Virus record (IMG/VR): IMGVR_UViG_3300020161_003587
Location: 1 to 28,425 of that record
From: a virus
Lineage: Duplodnaviria; Caudoviricetes
Strand: one strand, 5' to 3'
DNA: 28,425 nucleotides
Shown in pieces: positions 23,041-28,425 of the stretch. The translations under genes were made by a program, and so were the position numbers. Every line of letters starts with the position of its first letter. The stretch's first letter is position 1. The notes under the pieces are model-generated. The model did not search any database. It had not been told where the DNA came from and worked only from the letters and a program-made list of their open reading frames with translations.

Positions 23041-25017
23041 ATGAGCGCCACCGAGAAACTCAGTTTTATGGCTTCTCTGATAGACAATGTCAGCAAGCCA
23101 GCTCGTGGCGTCATCGCCGATTTGAAGAAGATGCAGGATCAAGCGACACGAGGAATCTCCTCGATCACCCAAGGCGCCATGGGCATGGCCGGAGCGGGCG
23201 CGAGCCTCTACGGCATCATCAGCCCGGCGAGGGAAGTCAGCAAAGCGCTCGGGGAAACCCGCTCACTTGGCGTCGCCGAATCGGAGCTGCAGGCCCTGGA
23301 GAAGACCTCGCTGAGCTTCATCCGCAACTACGGCGGCGCGGCGGACGAGTTCATCCGTTCCAGCTACGACATCCAATCGGCGATTAGCGGCCTCCGCAAT
23401 GGCGAGCTGGCGAAGTTCACCGAAGCCGGCGCGATCCTCGCCAAGGGCACCAAATCCGACGCGGCGACGATCACTAGCTACATGGGCACCATGTACGGGA
23501 TCTTCGAGAAAGACGCGGCGAAGATGGGCAAAGCCGAGTGGGTGCAGCAGCTCACCGGCCAGACCGCCCTCGCGGTGCGCATGTTTAAGACCACGGGATC
23601 GGGCATGTCCGAGGCCTTCTCGGCCTTGGGTTCCACGGCTCAATCTGCCGGTATCGACATGAGCGAACAGCTCGGCATTCTCGGCACCCTGCAAGCGACC
23701 ATGGGCGGCAGCGATGCGGCCACCAAGTACAAAGGCTTCCTCAACGGGGTCGGCGCGGCGCAAGGAGCGCTGGGCCTGAAGTTCGTCGACAGCCAAGGCA
23801 AGATGCTGCCGATGGTCGATATCCTGGAGAAGATCAAGGGCAAGTTCGGCAACCTCGACAAGGTGGCCGACAGCGATGCGCTGAAAAAGGCCTTCGGTTC
23901 TGACGAGGCCGTGGCACTGGTGAAGAACCTGATCGGCAAAACCGGAGACCTGAAAAACAGCATCGGCCAGCTCGGCGCGGTGCAAGGCTTCGGCCCGGCG
24001 GTCGAGATGGCCAACGCCATGGTCGACCCTTGGGATAAACTCGGCGGCAGCGTGCAAGCGGCCCGGATCCAATTCGGCCAGCTGATCGCACCGATCCTGG
24101 CGCCGATGGTGGCGCTGCTCAGTCGCGTCATCGGTGCAACCTCGGTCTGGCTCGACCAGCACAAGACGCTCGGCATGGTGCTCGGCGGCGTCACCCTCGC
24201 CGTCATTACTATCACCGCTGCGGTCTCGGCCTTTGCGATCGGCGCAGGCATCGCGCAGTTGGTGATGGTGGCCTGGACGGCTGCCGGATCGGCTTATGCT
24301 GCGGTGCAGTGGGCGATCAACGCGGCGATGGCAGCCAACCCGGTCGGCCTGGTGGTGATCGGCGTCATTGCGTTGATCGCAGCAATCGTTGCGCTGATCG
24401 CAAACTGGGGCAAGCTCAAGGCTTGGCTGATGGACAGCGCCCTCGGCAAGTTCTTCTTGGTCACATTCTTCCCCTTGATCGCCATCTTCTACGCCATCCG
24501 CATTGCAGTGGCTGTGATCGTGATGATTTTCAGTGGCTGGGTGGCCCTGATCAGCGAGGTCTGGGGCTACCTGAAAGAGACGGCCTTCATTCAGCACATG
24601 ATCGAGGGCTTTCAGCTCCTGGGCTTCGTCATTCAAGAGATCTGGGGCGGCATCAAAGATTTCGGCATGGGCATTGTCAACGGCATCGCCAGCGCCTTTG
24701 ACTGGCTGATGGGCGCCGGTGACGGGGTTCTCGGCTGGATTCAAAGCATCATCAGCAAGCTCGGAGACATCCCTGGCCTCGGCTGGCTCAAGGACATCAA
24801 CCTCACCAGTAAAACGGAAAGCGTGCTGACGGCGGCGAAGCCGATCCCCCCTGCGACTCCCGCAAAAGCGACGATCCCCGCCGGCGGCTTGAAGAACTCC
24901 GTCACCAGCACAAACACCAAGATCGCCAACATGGGCGGCATCACCATCTACACCTCGGCCCCGCCGAACCGCGCCTTTCTCGAAGAGATGGCGCACCTGC
25001 AGACGGGGTTTAGCTGA
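23041..25017 (+). CDS. Tail tape measure protein (TP901-type core)
   Basis: SYDIQSAISGL, YMGTMYGIF, FKTTGSGMS and ANPVGLVVIG motifs. Confidence 0.92.
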   Translation: MSATEKLSFMASLIDNVSKPARGVIADLKKMQDQATRGISSITQGAMGMAGAGASLYGIISPAREVSKALGETRSLGVAESELQALEKTSLSFIRNYGGAADEFIRSSYDIQSAISGLRNGELAKFTEAGAILAKGTKSDAATITSYMGTMYGIFEKDAAKMGKAEWVQQLTGQTALAVRMFKTTGSGMSEAFSALGSTAQSAGIDMSEQLGILGTLQATMGGSDAATKYKGFLNGVGAAQGALGLKFVDSQGKMLPMVDILEKIKGKFGNLDKVADSDALKKAFGSDEAVALVKNLIGKTGDLKNSIGQLGAVQGFGPAVEMANAMVDPWDKLGGSVQAARIQFGQLIAPILAPMVALLSRVIGATSVWLDQHKTLGMVLGGVTLAVITITAAVSAFAIGAGIAQLVMVAWTAAGSAYAAVQWAINAAMAANPVGLVVIGVIALIAAIVALIANWGKLKAWLMDSALGKFFLVTFFPLIAIFYAIRIAVAVIVMIFSGWVALISEVWGYLKETAFIQHMIEGFQLLGFVIQEIWGGIKDFGMGIVNGIASAFDWLMGAGDGVLGWIQSIISKLGDIPGLGWLKDINLTSKTESVLTAAKPIPPATPAKATIPAGGLKNSVTSTNTKIANMGGITIYTSAPPNRAFLEEMAHLQTGFS

Positions 25018-25343
25018 TGGCCATCTACTCCGACCTACTGATCACCAATGACGACCTGACGCTTGACGCAGACGGCCTGCCGCAACTGGTGACCGACCGC
25101 GATTGCATCGCCCAGGACATCCGGCACGCGATCCGGGACAGCGGCTACCTGCCGCCCCTGGTGGCGGAGCGGAGCCGGGAACGCCGCCAGTTGTGGATCC
25201 AAAAGATCATCCTGCTGGTGGAAGACGATCGCCGCATCCGGCCCGGCACGGTCGAGATGGAATCCGGCGGCGCCGGCATCTGGAACCTGCTCGCCGAAAC
25301 CTACGAATTCGGAACCCTTTCACTCACTGCCACCGTTTCCTGA
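25017..25343 (+). CDS. Baseplate wedge protein (DUF2590/gp25-like)
   Basis: IAQDIRHAIRDSG and VEDDRRIRPGTV motifs. Confidence 0.8.
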   Translation: MAIYSDLLITNDDLTLDADGLPQLVTDRDCIAQDIRHAIRDSGYLPPLVAERSRERRQLWIQKIILLVEDDRRIRPGTVEMESGGAGIWNLLAETYEFGTLSLTATVS

Positions 25344-25352
25344 GGAATCCCC

Positions 25353-26558
25353 ATGGCTGCCATTCTCGACCTGAACAACCTGACTCCGGCAGAAACGGAG
25401 ATCAAAGCCGCTCTCACCGAGGCAGGCCTGCCGACGTCTGAAGCAGCGCTGCAGGCGGAGTTCGTCACCCTGGCGGCAAGCTCCGGCATCGCCATCACCA
25501 ACACCTCGGACTATTCGCCCTTCTGGCGGGCGGTGAAGGCCATGAGCATCAAGCCGGCCGTCTGGTGTGTTGCCTTCCTGATCCGCAAGATCGTCCCCAA
25601 TCTCTACGTCAAGACCGCCTCCGGCTGGTGGCTGGACTCGCTGGCCTACTCCTACGGGGTGGAGCGCAAAGCTGCGGCCACCGCAAAAGGCAAGCTCACC
25701 TTTACCCGCACCGACACCTCCGGCGCCCTGGTCATCCCCGCCGGCACCCGGGTGCGCAGCGCCGCCATCAATGGCGTGGTGCGTAAACTGAGGACCGACG
25801 CCGAGGCGGTGATGGGCATCGGCGTCAGCACCCTGCAGGTCAACGCCAGCGCCGAAGGGGCGGGCACGGCTTGGAATCTCGGCACCGGTTATTTCTCCCT
25901 CTTCGAAGACATCGTCCCCGGCGTCACCACCGTGACCAACGCCAGCGACTGGCTGAGCACGCCGGGAGCAGACGCGGAAACAGACGAGGAGCTGCGCCTG
26001 CGGGTCCGCAACCAGTTCGCCGCCGTCGGGGCCTGGCACACCGACGCCAAGTACAAATCCATCATCACCGAGCGCAGCGGCATTCGCGTCGACCGGATCT
26101 ATTTCGACCACGCCATCCCCCGCGGCCCGGGCTCGGCCGACGCCTACATCGTCTTCGACGCCGGTACCACGCCCACGGCGATCCTGGCGGACCTGAACAC
26201 CGCGATCACCACCGACGGCAACCACGGCCACGGCGACGACCTGCAGGTGAAGGCGATGCCGACGACCTCGAACACACTCACCGTCACCGCCTATCTCGAC
26301 AGCTCGGTGCAGGGCGCGGCCCGCACCCAGATGCTGACCGACATCAGCAACTTCATCAAATGCGCCTTCCGTGAAAATACCGGCTACGACGGCAAGGTGA
26401 CCAAGGTCCTGCCCTACTCCCGTTTCAGCTTCTCGCTGCTCGCCAAAGAGCTGCACGCCGAATTCCCGAAGATCCTCAGCCTGGTCTGGGGTCAATCGGA
26501 CATCGTCAGCACCCTGGCGGTGCCACGCATCAACACCCTCACCGTGACGGGGGTCTAA
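25353..26558 (+). CDS. Baseplate J/gp47 family protein
   Basis: TASGWWLD, PGADAETDEELRLR, PRGPGSADAY and GNHGHGDD motifs. Confidence 0.92.
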   Translation: MAAILDLNNLTPAETEIKAALTEAGLPTSEAALQAEFVTLAASSGIAITNTSDYSPFWRAVKAMSIKPAVWCVAFLIRKIVPNLYVKTASGWWLDSLAYSYGVERKAAATAKGKLTFTRTDTSGALVIPAGTRVRSAAINGVVRKLRTDAEAVMGIGVSTLQVNASAEGAGTAWNLGTGYFSLFEDIVPGVTTVTNASDWLSTPGADAETDEELRLRVRNQFAAVGAWHTDAKYKSIITERSGIRVDRIYFDHAIPRGPGSADAYIVFDAGTTPTAILADLNTAITTDGNHGHGDDLQVKAMPTTSNTLTVTAYLDSSVQGAARTQMLTDISNFIKCAFRENTGYDGKVTKVLPYSRFSFSLLAKELHAEFPKILSLVWGQSDIVSTLAVPRINTLTVTGV

Positions 26559-26559
26559 G

Positions 26560-27123
26560 ATGGGCGCCCCGAACATCGCCGACAAGCCGGTCACCGAGCG
26601 CGACGCCGTCGCCCTGCCCTTCTGGGAAGGCGCTGGCGAGTTCGCCAAGATCGGCGCACTCAGCCACGCCTGGTGGAACATGGTGCAGGACTGGCTTGAG
26701 GCCTTGCCACTGCAGCAGCAGGACGCCGCGACGGCGCCGCTGATCCTGGTCGACCTGATGGCCTGGCAACGCGACATCAACCGCCTGGCGAATGAGCCGG
26801 AGAGCCTGTATCGCCTGCGGGTGGTGCATGCCCTCGCCAACGCCCAGGACGCCGGCAGCAAGGGCGGCTTCGAGCGCATCTGGCAACGCCTGCAGCTCGG
26901 CTACATCGGCCAGATGGAGCGCAACGACATCACCAACTGGGACGTGATCCAGCTCGAGGTGAGCGACGGCGCAATCAGCCAGAACGGCGCCCTGATGGAT
27001 GAGATCATTCGCCAGTTCGGCCGCACCTGCCGCCGCTACACCTACACCACCACCGTGCCTCGCGGCCTAGTGCTGCGGGTCTTCACCTTCGACAACGAAT
27101 CCGAATACATGGTGGCCACATGA
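26560..27123 (+). CDS. Phage tail protein (P2 gpI-like)
   Basis: LMAWQRDINRL.NEPESLYRLRV..A..NAQDAGS and GRTCRRY motifs. Confidence 0.85.
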   Translation: MGAPNIADKPVTERDAVALPFWEGAGEFAKIGALSHAWWNMVQDWLEALPLQQQDAATAPLILVDLMAWQRDINRLANEPESLYRLRVVHALANAQDAGSKGGFERIWQRLQLGYIGQMERNDITNWDVIQLEVSDGAISQNGALMDEIIRQFGRTCRRYTYTTTVPRGLVLRVFTFDNESEYMVAT

Positions 27124-27497
27124 TCCCTCTCGGCACCGACATCTTGCTCTCTCTAGACATGGCCCTCGAGGAGGGCGACAGCCTGGACAACTACCCGAGC
27201 ATCACGGCCTACCTGTTCTTTTTCTACGGCTCGCAGCGCCGGATCGTCGCCGCCTTTGCGCTCGACGCAAACGACAGCCGCCTCGAGCCGCTGCGCACCT
27301 ATCAAGCCCTGACCACCTACGAAACAGGGATCGACCTGCACCTGCCCGGCGCCGCCAGCCTCGGCAAAAACTACTGGGTCGGCAAGGAGCTGCTCCTAGA
27401 GATCAGCATGGCCGATGACGCCGGCGAGATCCAGACCCTCGACCCGATCACCCTCGACGAACGCTTTGCGCTCACCGCGAAAAAAGGAAGTCTCTGA
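27120..27497 (+). CDS. Hypothetical protein, possible fibre adaptor
   Basis: Translationally coupled on both sides; lies between the baseplate genes and the fibre gene. Confidence 0.6.
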   Translation: MIPLGTDILLSLDMALEEGDSLDNYPSITAYLFFFYGSQRRIVAAFALDANDSRLEPLRTYQALTTYETGIDLHLPGAASLGKNYWVGKELLLEISMADDAGEIQTLDPITLDERFALTAKKGSL

Positions 27498-28425
27498 TGG
27501 CCCGCCAGATCAAGATCACCGGAGCCCGCGTCGGCGCTGCCCAAGGCAGCTCGCCGGCAGTACCTGTCGTCGGCATGAAGCGAGGGGCGCGGGGCCTGCA
27601 GGGACGCCCTTCACCATCCGCAACACCACGGTGAACACCCTCGCCCCCGGCGCCGCCGCCACCGTCACCGCCACCCCTACTGGCGCTCAAGGCCAGTTTG
27701 ATCTCGTCATCGGCCTGCCCAAGGGCGACCAGGGCAACACCGGCAACCAGGGCAACACCGGCGCGACCGGACCCGCCTTCACGATCCGCAATACCACGGT
27801 GAACACCCTCGCCCCCGGCGCGGCTGCCACCGTCACCCCGACCCCGACCGGAACACCTGGCCAGTTTGATCTTGTCGTCGGCCTGCCCAAGGGCGACACC
27901 GGGGAGACGGGAGCCGAGGGCCGGGGCTATGCCATCAACATCATTGGTGCCGTCACCTTCCCGTCCGTCATCGGAGATTTCCTAACGGCCACCGTGAATG
28001 ACTACGGGGCCTACACCACGGGACTCCGAGTGCGCGTCACGGCAAAAAACGGCTATCTCTGCGAGGGTGACATCACCGGAATGGATGGCGTGGCTAAAAT
28101 TCTTACCATCACCGCCTCGATCATCGGCACGTCCTTTGGTGTAAAAACGGGCGCTAAAATCGGCTTGCAAGGCCTGCCGGGTGTGACCGGAGCCGCCTTC
28201 ACCATCCGCAATACGACAGTGAACACCCTCGCCCCCGGCGCGGCCGCCACCGTCACCCCGACCCCGACCGGTACTCCTGGCCAGTTTGATCTCGTCGTCG
28301 GCCTGCCCAAGGGAGACACCGGACTCAAGGGAGACCAAGGCGACACCGGCAACACGGGAAACACCGGCTCGACCGGAGCCGCCTTCTCGATCCGCAACAC
28401 CACGGTGAACACCCTCGCCCCCGGC
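27497..28425 (+). CDS. Collagen-like repeat tail fibre (partial at edge; frameshifted near 27601)
   Basis: ATG at 27497 gives ...GARGLQG and then stops at 27634. A second frame is open from ~27601 to the edge, with Gly-X-Y runs and repeated FTIRNTTVNTLAPGAAATVT.TPTG..GQFDLV.GLPKGD. Confidence 0.8.
27610..28425 (+). repeat. Four copies of a ~120-bp module (starts 27610, 27778, 28198, 28384; last truncated)
   Basis: Near-identical DNA, e.g. gtgaacaccctcgcccccggc in all four copies. Confidence 0.95.

Larger units (their letters stand above)
99..28425. mobile_element. HP1/P2-like temperate myovirus prophage, incomplete at right edge and possibly defective
   Basis: Gene order: integrase fragment, repressor/cro/cII switch, primase-helicase, terminase divergent from scaffold-capsid-small terminase-head completion, then sheath, tube, chaperone, tape measure, baseplate J, tail fibre. 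Confidence 0.95.

Noticed and set aside
23263-26879. Long antisense ORFs (23263-24996, 25320-26879; likewise 11577-12572, 17234-18373, 20968-21906)
   Set aside because: These are typical stop-poor shadows of high-GC genes, with no motifs and fully overlapping well-supported phage genes.
27476-27490. G_AAA_AAA run that could fuse the 125-aa ORF to the fibre by -1 slippage
   Set aside because: The fibre has its own AGGA RBS and TGATG coupling, and no stimulatory structure is evident.
27610-28425. Repeats with intervening sequence considered as a CRISPR array or DGR template/variable pair
   Set aside because: The units are ~120-bp in-frame coding modules differing mainly at synonymous sites. 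No cas or reverse transcriptase gene is in the window, and there is no adenine-specific variation.

Overview
Almost the whole window (about 99-28425) is one HP1/P2-like (Peduoviridae-type) myovirus prophage in a GC-rich host, running off the right edge inside a collagen-like tail fibre gene. The order is: (1) a leftward lysogeny operon (S24 repressor > oligoribonuclease > two AT-rich cargo genes > integrase-like N-terminal fragment, apparently cut by an IS66-like end at 98); (2) a switch with two TCGCA-N4-TGCGA operators; (3) a rightward early operon (ribbon-helix-helix Cro-like, CII-like, small Zn-finger ORFs, primase/helicase, MarR-like); (4) an accessory hotspot (HsdR_N nuclease, DNA methyltransferase, AT-rich membrane genes); (5) divergent terminase and head/tail operons. 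The most unusual points are a 63-bp duplication of the catalytic 3' end of the phage oligoribonuclease that brackets a 735-bp cargo cassette, no portal gene behind the large terminase, a proline-rich lipoprotein between the scaffold and capsid genes, a -1 frameshift site in the tail chaperone, and a 1-nt frameshift near the start of the tail fibre. All product calls come from motif recognition and synteny by eye; no database searches were run.
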